Source: Octopus bimaculoides (lineage: Eukaryota). Taken from it: 64,000 bases of DNA. The stretch is from contig NC_068981.1 in NCBI RefSeq assembly GCF_001194135.2, positions 111,010,798 through 111,074,797 on the forward strand, given 5' to 3'. Both the position numbers and the translations under genes were made by a program. Positions 12,895-24,510 of the stretch are shown piece by piece (the stretch's first letter is position 1; each line of letters begins with the position of its first letter). The notes beneath the pieces were generated by a model. It did no database searches. It was not told the DNA's origin and saw only the letters and a list, made by a program, of their open reading frames with translations.

Positions 12895-13305
12895 TCTTAG
12901 TTTTATATGCATAGCTTTACTAATATATACACAGATATCTATACACACATATATATATATATACACAATAGGTCTCCGTGCATAAGTATGTGTGAATACA
13001 CACACAGCATTCACTGTTGCAAATTAAAGAAAGAAGAAAAGAAAATAAAGAACGAAAAGAATCAGATAAGTGGTGGTGAGGGATAGAAGGAAAATAGGGA
13101 ATAGAAAAACGTTTCAATTTTGACACTGTGGCATTCATATGAGTATTGAGATGGAAAAAATATAATGGGATAAAAGTAGGAAAAGAAAGAAAAAGAGGAA
13201 GTAAAGATGCAATAAAACAATCATGAGCGTATACTCATGCCCTTACATGCACACATATAGATAGACATGCATAAATATACCCACATAAATACATACATAT
13301 ATATA

Positions 13306-14284
13306 TCATCATCATCATCATCATCATCGTTTAACGTCCGCTTTCCATGCTAGCATGGGTTGGACGATTTGACTGAGGACTGGTGAAACCGGATGGCAAC
13401 ACCAGGCTCCAATCTAAATTTGGCAGAGTTTCTACAGCTGGATGCCCTTCCTAACGCCAACCACTCAGAGAGTGTAGTAGGTGCTTTTACGTGTCACCTG
13501 CACGAAGGCCAGTCAGGCAATACTGGCAACGGCCACGCTCAAAATGGTGTCTTTTATGTGCCACCCACACAAGCCAGTCCAGAGGCACTGGCAACGATCT
13601 CGCTCGAAAATCCTACGAAGGCCAGTNNNNNNNNNNNNNNNNNNNNNNNNNNNNNNNNNNNNNNNNNNNNNNNNNNNNNNNNNNNNNNNNNNNNNNNNNN
13701 NNNNNNNNNNNNNNNNNNNNNNNNNNNNNNNNNNNNNNNNNNNNNNNNNNNNNNNNNNNNNNNNNNNNNNNNNNNNNNNNNNNNNNNNNNNNNNNNNNNN
13801 NNNNNNNNNNNNNNNNNNNNNNNNNNNNNNNNNNNNNNNNNNNNNNNNNNNNNNNNNNNNNNNNNNNNNNNNNNNNNNNNNNNNNNNNNNNNNNNNNNNN
13901 NNNNNNNNNNNNNNNNNNNNNNNNNNNNNNNNNNNNNNNNNNNNNNNNNNNNNNNNNNNNNNNNNNNNNNNNNNNNNNNNNNNNNNNNNNNNNNNNNNNN
14001 NNNNNNNNNNNNNNNNNNNNNNNNNNNNNNNNNNNNNNNNNNNNNNNNNNNNNNNNNNNNNNNNNNNNNNNNNNNNNNNNNNNNNNNNNNNNNNNNNNNN
14101 NNNNNNNNNNNNNNNNNNNNNNNNNNNNNNNNNNNNNNNNNNNNNNNNNNNNNNNNNNNNNNNNNNNNNNNNNNNNNNNNNNNNNTATTGTAGCAGCTAC
14201 ACTTTCAGCGCACCCACCCCCACTACTAACTTGGTCGCCCAGATAGCGGAAGCTATCGACTACCTCTAGTTTTTCACCCTGGAA
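13306..14284 (-). mobile_element. RTE LINE spanning an assembly gap
   Basis: 3' UTR at 13306-13626; 14190-14284 matches RT-region sequence of the copy at ~27058-27140. Confidence 0.75.
13627..14185. other. Assembly gap; others at ~1786-1977, 4815-4840, 14892-14940, 36530-36539, 37231-37721, 39799-39852, 44399-44618, 54987-55108
   Basis: Runs of N, mostly next to microsatellites or repeats. Confidence 0.99.
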
Positions 14285-14489
14285 TGAGATAGAAGTTGTT
14301 TCCTGTTTGTTTACAGTCTTTATTGCATGTGAACTATATTGATAACCACTAAAGTGGACATTTAATGTGCTAGAAGATCACATGTTGTGTCTACTAAGAC
14401 CTAATAGTTCTCAAAAGAAATTCAGCGAAATACCAAACCGTATGCGGGCAAGACAGTGAAAATTACATAAATAAAATTAAAACATTGTT

Positions 14490-14555
14490 ATTCGTGTACT
14501 AGTTTCGGAATTAACATTCTCTTACCGAGAATATCTGTCCCTCTTCAGCACGAAC
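14490..14555 (-). ncRNA. Minimal type I hammerhead ribozyme (Penelope-like element/retrozyme type)
   Basis: Minus strand reads GUUCGUG-CUGAAGA-GGGA cag AUAUUCUC gguaa GAGAAUGU uaa UUCC-GAAA-CUAG-UA-CACGAAU. Stem I is 7 bp, the core CUGAnGA/GAAA is intact, stem II is extended and closed by G-C, stem III is the palindrome ACUAGU, and the cleavage triplet is GUA. Confidence 0.8.
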
Positions 14556-14780
14556 TGCAAGGAAATTATAATTTTCAGAATCTTATGCAAGTTGTTCACT
14601 CCTAGAGACGAATGTTTATATGGTTCTGCTAATTACAACGTAATGGTAAAAATCAAATGTCTTCGTTTTGGCACGCTAATTCCGGAAATATCTCTGCAGA
14701 AAATTGTTACTGCGTAGCATATATCTAATTTGAGAACTTGGTTATGGTTAATCAAATTAAAACATAGGGTAAAAAATCAG

Positions 14781-14891
14781 ATATTAATTAATATCGATTT
14801 ATTACCAGGAAGCTAGCACATTGAAAGAATCAGAGAGATTCAGAAAAAATATCTGCTAGCTTCCTAGTAATAAATCGATATTAATTAATAT
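14781..14891. repeat. 38-bp-arm inverted repeat with ~35-nt loop
   Basis: atattaattaatatcgatttattaccaggaagctagca / tgctagcttcctagtaataaatcgatattaattaatat, one mismatch; abuts an N gap. Confidence 0.85.
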
Positions 14892-15734
14892 NNNNNNNNN
14901 NNNNNNNNNNNNNNNNNNNNNNNNNNNNNNNNNNNNNNNNATATATATATATATATATATATACATAAGCATAAATACATTGTATATATACACAATACAT
15001 ATATATGTATATATACACACAACTGCATGTCTGGTGTATTGAATATAAATATAAAAAATGTTGAAAGAAGGAATGAAGTAATGCAATTTCTGACGTATAG
15101 ATTATATGAAGCGAAATAAAAATCAATTATAAAATTAAAGTACCGAAAACATTATTTTATCTAATATAAATATGAACATGAGTAATCTTTATATGGAAGA
15201 AAGGCAAAGCTAACTTTGGTGGAACTTAAATCAGAATTTAGGGATGGGCAAAATATCACTAAACATTTTTCCCAGCTCACTAAAGGTTCTGCTGGCATTG
15301 CTGCCTTATTAACAATAATAATAACAATGATAAATAAATATAATGATAGTAATAATAATAAAAAAAAAAATAACTAAAAAATTCATTTGGACATTCGATA
15401 TCTTTAAAACTCATTTTAGGTGATGAAAGATGTTTTTGGGTGTGCATTTAAAATCAATGTTGAAAGGTTCTGTAGGCAAATTGCAATATAATAAAGCTTT
15501 CATATGGCATATAATGGGGTGCATTTAAGAGAAAAACTTAAAATGTAATAAAAATTAAAATATAGTTTGTATCCAGTTGAAGGTTTTTTTGAAAGGTTAA
15601 AATATAAAATGAATGTTATACAAAGTGATGCCGGTTAAGTGAAATAATCAAATTCAAATTGTGATTCATAGCTTTCCCTGGGTACACTGAATGGAATTTC
15701 TGCCTACACCTTTCCTACAAATCATATAGGGCTA

Positions 15735-16200
15735 CCTACCTGAAGATGGTAGGGTCCTGTCAGTTTTTTTTTTCTTACTAGAACCTTCGTCTTTGCTAAG
15801 TTAACCATTAGGCCCTTAGATTCCAGGTTTTGCTTCCACACCTGGTATTTCTTGTCTATCTCTGATATGGAACTGCTATGAGGGCAAGATCATCAGTATA
15901 TAGTAGTTCCCAGGGACTGCCCGTCTTGAACTCCTCTGTTATGTCCTGGAGGACAAAAATGAAAAGGAAGGGGCTAAAGACTGAGCCTTGATGAACCTCT
16001 ACTTGTACTGGTGTACTTGTGGTTAACTCTCACCTTACATACAGTGTCTTTGTACATGGCCTGTACAGCTTTCACCAGCCAATTGTCTATCTCTAGCCTT
16101 CTCAGAGCCCACCAGAGCCCACCATATCACACAGTGGGGTACTCCATCAAAGGTTTTCTCTAGATCAATGAAAGCCAAGTATAATGGTTTATTCTCAGTA
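15735..16200 (-). mobile_element. RTE LINE RT fragment
   Basis: Reverse complement of the same RT segment as 2010-2420 (LAFIDLEK...WALRRL...QGS...WKQNLES). Confidence 0.8.
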
Positions 16201-17065
16201 CTTCTCCACTAGCATATTGAGTAACTACATAGATTTGCTATCATTTGTTTGGGTTCTATTTTGGATTGAATGAAGTTGTCTGATTCTATGGTGTAAATAA
16301 TTAAGTGGAATGTATTGGATGTGGAGTATCAGGGCTAAGTATTTCTAATGTTAGAGTGCATTGCTGTTTCATTGGAACCTGTGATAAGTTTCAGAACTGT
16401 TATTGTTAGGCTCATTTTCAAAATTTTGAGAATTTGACACTGTTAGTTAGAGAAGTTTATTGTTGGTGAAGTAAATGATTCCTTCACGTAAGTGATCTTG
16501 TTAGTCCTAGATCTTTTAAACATTTGGATTTCTCAATTACTCTCTTAGTTTTCGAGAAAGTTATCAACATATTTGTACATATATAAAATATGCTCTTTCA
16601 TTTACTCCTTGTTTTTTTAGGTTTTTATCAAGAATGAGTGTATTTTTTCAGTGTATTCTTTACCTTTAATTATTACACTATTATATTTTTGTGCTAAAAG
16701 TATTATGATATTTTTGTTGTTCTGAAGAATATTGATGGAATTATTTTGCTCTGAGATGTTTTGTGATATCAGTGGAGGAGATAGTATCCACTAAATATTT
16801 TAATAATGAGCCAAGTTCAGAGCTGAGTGCAAGATGAAATAAATATTTATGTATCATTAAAATTGGCACATTGTTATCATATGATGATCACTTATGTGAT
16901 ACAATAATGTCTGTAAGTTCAAACTGAAAGAAATGTATATATGTAAAATATTGCCTCTGATGATGATCAAAGAATCTATATAACATATATAAAACAAAAT
17001 AGTGATATGAATAGTTTTCCCAATGTGTATTATTATAATATATTTAATATTTTCTTTTCATTCAG

Positions 17066-17210
17066 TTGCAGCCTCGAATGTTCCATGTAGCTGTTAATAC
17101 TCGGAATTATATGCTGTTGATAGGAGGCCGAACTATAGATAGATCACCAATTAAAGATATTCTTTTGTATCATTTTAAATGCAATACATGGCAGAACATT
17201 TCCTTCAAAG
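17066..17210 (+). CDS. MEGF8: MEGF8-like internal exon, Kelch repeat (LQPRMFHVAVNTRNYMLLIGGRTIDRSPIKDILLYHFKCNTWQNISFK)
   Basis: Polypyrimidine tract plus ttcag acceptor; AAAG|gtaatc donor (phase 1). Kelch signature PRxFH...LIGG...LLY...W, recognisably similar to vertebrate MEGF8 PRLFHAS...VLGGRS...DVLLYQVNCNAW (from memory). A second in-frame AG would start the exon at 17072. Too short for the ORF track. Confidence 0.88.
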
Positions 17211-17929
17211 GTAATCATGTTATTTGTTAAACATATTATTTAGATTATTTGAAATTGACTTAATCTGAAATTATCTATTTATATAACATTGAAAATATCA
17301 AAGAGAAAAGAGATTATGTTAAAAAGAGAAAAGAGATCAATGCTGAAATGATTGGAAATAAGAGGTCCAGGCATTGAATATTAATTTGAAAATATGAAAT
17401 GCTATTAGCATCAAATATATTTTATCATAATATATTAAAAAATTCCAATTCCAAGTATCTCTTAGTTGTCATAAGAATTAAATATGTGATAGCAAAAAGA
17501 TAATTAAAATTTCCTCATTCATTCATATGGATGTGAGTATGTCACTACTCATGTATGTATCTGGGTGTGGCTTTCCATTTTCCAAGTCTAGCATCTGTAA
17601 ATATTCTCACTGTAGACAAAAAAGTGTAAACACACCAGGTCATTTTAGAGTGCCCTCTCTCCAGATCAATGGATGCATGCGTTTCGTTGTGGTTATCTTA
17701 TCACATTGAACACTGTAGATATGTAGAACATTATCATTATCAGTCACCTGTCTTCTGTGCTGGGATGGATTTGATGGTTTGACAGGATCCAGCAGGTCAG
17801 AAGATTGCATTGTACCGAGCTCCAAGTCAGTTTTGGCATGGTTTCCACTGCTGGATGCCTTTCCTAATACCAACAACAGAGTGTACTGGGTGCCTTTTTA
17901 TGTTACTAACTATGTAACTTGCAAGATAA

Positions 17930-18720
17930 GATCCTCTCAACTTAGTGGGGGGTGTAGTATTGGGGGAGGTGGCTTAATGCCAGGTGTTGAGAGGTAAAAG
18001 GATGATAGGTAGATAGGAACAGGTGACTTGCTGTCAAGGAGATACATAGCTACCCCAACTAGAAAGGGGAAATGAAAGTTGCTGGTGTCAGGATATGCAC
18101 TCAAAGCATAAGCAGGTGAATATGAAGGGGATGGGTACAGAGGAATAGGAATGATAGGCAAATAAGTTTGCAAAAGTGTGAGGAGAATGATAGAGGATTA
18201 GATGTGGAGACATAAGCGAATGCAGTGAATGGCAAACAGCGGAGGAGGCATGGTCAATGATAAATATCAGTTTAGGAGGGAAGATGAAGGAAATAAGAGT
18301 GGGTCAAGGAGGAGGCAGGTGGCAGTACAGAATAAGGTGGGTCGAGAGCAACATTATAAAGAACTGTATAGGTGAAAATTAGGGGGATGATGTGAAGTGT
18401 GGATGGGAAAGGGGAATACACACCAACAGGGGTGGAGATCAGAGATAGGTTTGAGAGAGCAACAAACACTGGGGGTGGGGTGGCTGATACGAGGTCTTAA
18501 ATGGCAAATACAGTAGTTAGAGATGTTATTGAGAATGCAGGGTGGGTGACAAGGGGAGGTGGCTCTGAAAAAGTGGGGAAAATGGTTGTATTAATGAGGG
18601 GATGACATATGTGTTTCTGTTTTCATATGATTACAATAGCTGGGTATATAATGCTGTAGTTAGAAGAGTGGTGGGTATTGGGAGGATGAATTATGAAGAA
18701 GGCTTGATAGGCTTTGGACA
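17930..18720 (-). mobile_element. Highly degenerate Penelope-like (Neptune-like) 3' portion with pyrimidine-rich UTR
   Basis: The minus strand parallels 63400-63990 (gagacctc..., FTYTVLYNV resembling FTCTSSNII). A similar UTR fragment lies at ~61530-61990. Confidence 0.45.
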
Positions 18721-18959
18721 AAATTACGGAAATCCAACTTTTTATTTAACTATTTTTTTCTTTTGACAAATATAACAAATTTAAAACTGTTCTTGTCTAA
18801 ATATGTGTTCATATGCAATATGTATACCTTGTACTTTATGATATAACCCTCTGTTTTCTTTTCTTTTTCGTTTTTTTTTTTTTTTTTTTTGAGGTATTTA
18901 TATTTAAGTAAGTTAAAATGCATGACAAATCTGATTTCCAAAGAAGACAAATAAGTTGG

Positions 18960-19925
18960 AGTGTGGATGGTTGGAGTTTCATTCACTGAAACTGTTGAAT
19001 TGTTTAATATTTCAAGAAGTACTGTCTCTTAAATCATGTTGGCATTTCAAAACCAAGGTATAACTTGCTCTGACAAGCATAATTCTGAGCAGAGGCAAAT
19101 TTCACTGAGAGGGACCAAAGAATAATGAAATGTATTGTGTTTAGAAATCATTAACTACTGCAGCAAAAGTGAAAGTAGAGCTAAACCCCCACCATGCCAA
19201 CCCTTTGTCAACCAGAATCATTTGCTGTGAGCTCTATAAACCTGATACCATAGGTAAGCTACAACTGCTAAACCTCTCCTGTCTCTCATTGATATTGGTA
19301 AGTGGAAAAATGGTATCCAGACAATCAGCAAGTGGCCATTTTGGAGCAAGTTTTTGTTTGGAGACAGCGCAAAGAAGCTCTCAACTCTGTTTGGCCCCCT
19401 ACCATGAAGCATAGCGGTGGCTCTGTGATTTTGGTACTCATATCACAGAATATTCTTGGCCTTTTTATTGTTCTACATGGTGGAGTTAACACCAATATTT
19501 TGGCTGATCATATCCAATCTATAGTATAGACATTGTTCCTGATGGTAGTGCAATCTTCCAGGACAATAGTGCTATGATGAACATGATTAATATTATTCAA
19601 AGTTGGTGTGACAATCTCAAAAGTGAAGTTGACTACTTGGACTACCTCTTCTTCCCACAGTCTCTAGATCTGAATATAATCAAACATATATAGTGCATTT
19701 TCAAGCTGCAAGGAAGGAGCCACTTCACTCTGCCATCATTGCTGAAAGAGCTAAAACATGTTTTACTTGAAGAATAGATCAGAATTTTCCTAACAACCAT
19801 TCAGAATCTGTATGAGTTAATTCTAAAATGTATCAAAGCTGTGATTGATGTCCAAGATGGGTCAACTTTGTGTTAATTATTAAAACTTCCATTTAACAAG
19901 TTGTTTCCATTATTTTGTCTTACCA
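18960..19925 (+). mobile_element. Decayed Tc1-like DNA transposon
   Basis: TTAAKVKVELN-like HTH region, PTMKHSGGSV, FQDNSA, PQSLDLNII remnants; Tc1-like end gtttccattattttgtc. Confidence 0.65.
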
Positions 19926-19949
19926 TCAGACATGAGGCAAGAGTGAAAC

Positions 19950-20650
19950 CTTGTTTTGTCCTTTGTGTACTAAAAGGGTGCCCCTTCAACATCTCCTCAG
20001 CAACTGTCCTGGAGTCTTAGCCAATGGCCAGTACTGTTGGTGCTCAGGGTAGTTATGAAAGTGATATTGACAGCCATTCAGTTCAGTAAATACCACCCCA
20101 GGAAAGAGGCCATCATCATTTTTCTCTGAGCTGGAGAGAAGTCCAGTTCACTGAAACTTCAACCCCACAGCCCTAGATTGGCATCTGAAAGTAGATCTTG
20201 TAGAAAGTTTCCTGGTCATATCATAGCAACAACACTCTGCCCAAATATAATGATCTCAAATTCTACAAAGCAAGTGATCGTGTGGGAACTGAGTGTGCAC
20301 TGGGAGGAACACATGAAAGAAGTTCATGTGAGGAAGCTTGCCAGATTTGGTAAAGACGTGCAGAAATTGGAGCTGGCAGGCATGCCACAAGGCAGTAGAA
20401 GTGGGCTATTGAGGTTTTGTGGTGCCTATATTCTGAAAAGCTCTGGCTGGCCTTGGAGTTACTGGTGCAGTAAAAAGGAGAAATATAAATTCTGTCTGTG
20501 AAGCTGCAAAGAAAGTTACTATGTGGCTTTGGAAAAGGGGTCAGACCAGTAGTTTGGTGCTACTAGGACGTATGCTGATTCTTGATCAACCCTGGCTGGG
20601 TCAACTAGGCAAGGAGGTCTGATGTTGAAACCCATGAGATCCTAGAAACA
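19950..20650 (+). mobile_element. RLE non-LTR element 3' end (Hero-like)
   Basis: TTLCPNIMI...KQVIVWELSVHWEEHMKEVHVRK resembles TLRPD...ELTVPWEE..EA.ERK, followed by a VEVG-like remnant and 3' UTR. Confidence 0.6.
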
Positions 20651-20859
20651 TTACTGACAATACATTCCAGAGATTCTATGTAAACTATATGTATGTAGTC
20701 TATACATCTATATTTGTGTATGTTTGTGTGCTTGTGTATATATATATGAATGTATGCATATCACTTCTGTTTTCAATTATTTAAATTCTTCCTCTGAAGA
20801 AGGAGCTGGTTTCTAACAAAGACACAAAGCTCCATCTTTGGAATGTAGATAACAGAAAC

Positions 20860-21985
20860 AATGTCACATTTTAAACCTGACAAAAATCTTGTATAGTTTT
20901 ACTGTTCCATTTACAGATTGTATTTGTAATGTGTGAATCAGTTGGTTGATTTCTTTTTCTGAAAATCCAAGCCTATCCAGATTGGTAGTTAGGCATTTAC
21001 TTACAAAATCAAGTGCTCCAATTATTGTTGGTGTTAATGTAAATTTGTAATCCATATATAGAAGCTGGAGGTTTCAAAGCAGTTGTCCATATTTGTCTTC
21101 TTTCTATTTGATTTTCAAAGAGATGTTCACATCAGCAGGACAGCTCTTTGATGGTACATACTTTTACTTATCTGTCCCAAACAACAATATCCAGCCTGTT
21201 GTTGCTTACACTTGACAGATGCTTTGAGGGGAATGTTCCACCAGTATTCCTTGTGCTGGTGTTTGTGTACGTATTCAATAACAGGAGTATTCTCTATATT
21301 TATTCCAGGATAGTCTTTTTTCCAAATGGAATTGTATATTGTTTTTGTGACATCGTGTCATATAGGGAGGTAATATCTTGATGACATTTTTGGGCAGCTA
21401 ATCACTTGTGTGATGTTTTCCACAGAAATATAAAATAATCTACATTTTCAGTTATCTTAGTTGATTAGGTATTTAGTAGTAATCTGTTGTTCTTGGATTG
21501 CAAATGTACAGCCTTCAAAATGTGATGTGATGTAGTGGTCCAAGAAAGGCCTTACTTCATGTCTTCAAGTCTTCAAGAAACATACTCATGCATAGTCTCT
21601 TTTGGTATACTGAGTGTTTTCCCTCCAGATCTTCTTTGAGGTATGCTAGTTTGGCTGATTTGGGGTTGTATGGAAGGTTGTCAAGAACAGAGCACTTCCT
21701 GAGAAGCTCACTTCCAATATGTAAGATATTGTTTTCTTTACTTTCCAGCACTAAGTAAATGTATTTATTTTTGCTGCTGTTGTTTAGCAAGTATTGTCTG
21801 AGAGATACTTGTGATATTTGAAGGCTGTCTGCATTGATCTCAAGCTCCTACCTCCTTATCTCTTCATTGGTAGAACCTCTTGATATCACTATTTTTGTGG
21901 AGATTTTCAGTTGATAATAGAATCTTGCAGGTTTGATGTCTTTGAAGTGAATTTCTTCTACAGATCACTCAAGTATCCCAAATGT
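20860..21985 (-). mobile_element. RLE non-LTR element 3' part (R4-like)
   Basis: ETLKHVISSC zinc-knuckle remnant, NRLDIVVWDR, YGQLL.NLQLLYMDYKFTLTPTIIGALD...LQIQSVNGTVK. Confidence 0.6.
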
Positions 21986-22582
21986 TGGAATCAGAACTAA
22001 AACTGCAAATGTGTGTGTGTGTGTGTGTGTGCGCACGTGCACGTGTGTGTGTGTATGTGTGCATTATGTAAGTAGGGTAAAACTGAAGCTGTATCCTCTT
22101 GAAGCACATCTGCTTATCCAAGTATTACAGTTCAGCATGTACTCGAGGTACATATTAGAGTTGAAAATTCTGAAAATATTGTTTGCAGACTTATTATATA
22201 ACAAAACAGGAACTTGGAGAAATTTTTTGGCATTATAATGCTCATAAATAATTATTTATTCACCATTACATGTTTCATTTGCTAACAGGCATCACAAAAT
22301 TGTACAGGTTGGATCCAACATTTAAGAAATTTCCTATTAGAAATTCTTCAGACAGATATTCAAACAATAGAAAATTTACATTTGGATAAAGCATTTATAA
22401 ATAGTTAATAATCAAGAGTAGTATAGATAGTTGGAAAAAAGAATAAAGAACAAATCAAATGGTAAAGATAATGTGTGTGTATGTGTATGTATTGATAGAT
22501 GTATATGTGCATATATATAGTGCGTATGCTGTTCCATTATGATAAGATCAACAAAAAAAAAGTACTCTGTCTAGTGAGACAC

Positions 22583-22805
22583 GAAATTCATTTAATAAAT
22601 ACAATATACATTTTTATGTTCTACTATTAGTTTCATGTGCTGAAAGCTTGCTAGAACATATTTTTTAACATGTCTAGTGTCCTAACACAATCATCAGGTA
22701 CTACCCTGTGCTAGGACATCAGGCATGTTAAAAAATATTGTCTAGCATGCTCTCGATACATGAAACTAATAGTAGTACATAAAACCATATATTGTGTTTA
22801 TTAAA

Positions 22806-22812
<7 letters not shown>
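22583..22812. mobile_element. Fold-back MITE, ~105-bp arms
   Basis: gaaattcatttaataaatacaatat...ctactattagtttcatgt...gtcctaacaca pairs with tgtgctaggac...acatgaaactaatagtag...atattgtgtttattaaatgatttc. Confidence 0.8.
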
Positions 22813-22868
<56 letters not shown>

Positions 22869-22994
22869 GTAACAGGAGGGATATAATATCCAGGCAGATA
22901 CCAAATTTCGCTTAGTAAAATGCCAAGACTGGTTCCTTCTGATGGTGCATTTTTCGTAATCTTCCTTTAGCTCCCATCTGACAGTTCTTGGCTA

Positions 22995-23575
22995 CTTAGA
23001 GTGTAAAGTACAATATTTATGATAAGGAGAATGATGAGAATGAGCTATTTGAACATTCACGCTTTATGTTTATCTCCAGTAAGTTCATTCATAATAATAG
23101 TCCAACACATATTTCGATCACACCAATTGCATATTCAAATCCAGCGATTTATGCATTATTAGTATGATCTCTCCAGGACATATAAATGTGACATTTTTTG
23201 AAGAGGAATTTTCCTCCGCTATTAGTTTAAATTAGGCTTGATAGTAGTTGTAAACCATGACATTCTTCTGTGAGATGTTTTTCTCAACTGCTTATTTGGA
23301 TAAAATTCAGTAGCAACAGCAGCAATATGTTTGTTGAAGTTAGCAAATGTTCTTGTCTGGGCAGGGAATGGTTACTTATAAAATACTTATTTTTGATTGA
23401 TTCTTCATACTTATAGTCACAAAGTATTTTGATGGGTTTCAGAGTTGATTATATTATTTGAAATTTGTGAAAGTTATTAATGGTAGCAATGGGTAATTAC
23501 TAAGCAGTAAGAAGCATGTGGTTATTAAAAAGAAGTAGTCAGTTGTATTTTAAATTCTTCTAACTTATTATTATT
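22995..23575 (-). repeat. Unclassified interspersed repeat; the second copy is split by the Gypsy insertion (28065-28161 plus 32619-33085, +)
   Basis: Reverse-complement homology over ~580 bp, read by eye. Possibly a LINE ORF2 linker remnant (FANFNKHIAAVATEFYPNKQLRK...SWFTTTIK). Confidence 0.75.
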
Positions 23576-23602
23576 ATTATTTGTGGCCAATAAAACGAAT
23601 TA

Positions 23603-23639
<37 letters not shown>

Positions 23640-23647
<8 letters not shown>

Positions 23648-24282
23648 GTGTTTAAATGTTCTTAGGTTATATATAATCTTAAATTGAGTTCTATTCTTAT
23701 ATTCTTTATCAGCATCTTTATTATTATAGTTATTGTAGTTATGTTTAGAGAAAAAATTTATTGAAATTATGTAAATTAATGCATTCTATTATTTAATTTT
23801 TTAAAAATGAAAACGTTTGTGTAAGCAATTAAAACTTCTTTTCTGTTTAGTGTTAACTAATTTATTTTTCGAAATAAATATTTGATATAATTCCTCCAGG
23901 TATAAATTGCATCTCTCATCTCCTATTTTATAAGGTTTCATAGTACTAAAAAAATTAAATATTCATTCAAATAGGAAATTATTAGTACTGCAAAATCTTA
24001 TAAAATAGAAACAAAAGATGCAATTTATGCCTGGAGGAATAGTACCAAATATTTACTTTGAAAAATAGGTTAGTTAACACTAGATATGAAAGAAGTTCTA
24101 ATTGCTTACACAACATTTAAAAAAAATTTAAATAATATAATGCATTAATCTATATAATTTCAATAAACTTTTTCCTCTAAGCATAACTATAATAACAAAG
24201 ACATATAAAGAATATAAGAATAGAGTTCAATATAAGATGATATATAATATAACCTAAAAACACTTTAAAACAATAATAATAA
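23640..24282. mobile_element. Large fold-back element (~310-bp arms, ~32-nt loop) at a (TTA)n tract
   Basis: Arm-to-arm complementarity throughout, e.g. ttcctccaggtataaattgcatct / agatgcaatttatgcctggaggaa and ttaggttatatat / atataatataacctaa. Confidence 0.85.
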
Positions 24283-24374
24283 CTGGACTCATGAAAAATT
24301 CACGGAAAACATAAAAAAATGTAAGCATCTGTAAACTGTATTGGTGCCATGAGAAATGTTTGTATATTATGACT

Positions 24375-24510
24375 GTCTTTATGTTCTGAGTTCAAACTCT
24401 GCCGAGGTCGACTTCACTTTTCAGCCTTTTGGGGTTGATAAATTAAGTACCAGTTGCATACTGGGTCGATCTAATCAACTGGTCCTTCCCCACAAAAATT
24501 TCAGGCCTAG
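24375..24510 (+). mobile_element. Third SINE family, partial; fuller copy at 50492-50703
   Basis: gccgaggtcgacttcacttttcagccttttggggttgataaattaagtaccag, which resembles the Deu/Nin SINE central domain (tentative). Confidence 0.65.

Noticed and set aside
16230-16680. Possible extra PLE RT remnant on the minus strand
   Set aside because: Only faint motif similarity after multiple assumed frameshifts; cannot be supported without an HMM search.
20793-20840. CTGAAGA-AGGAGC...GCTCC, a hammerhead-like 5' half
   Set aside because: GAAA and stem III are absent; at most a dead remnant.
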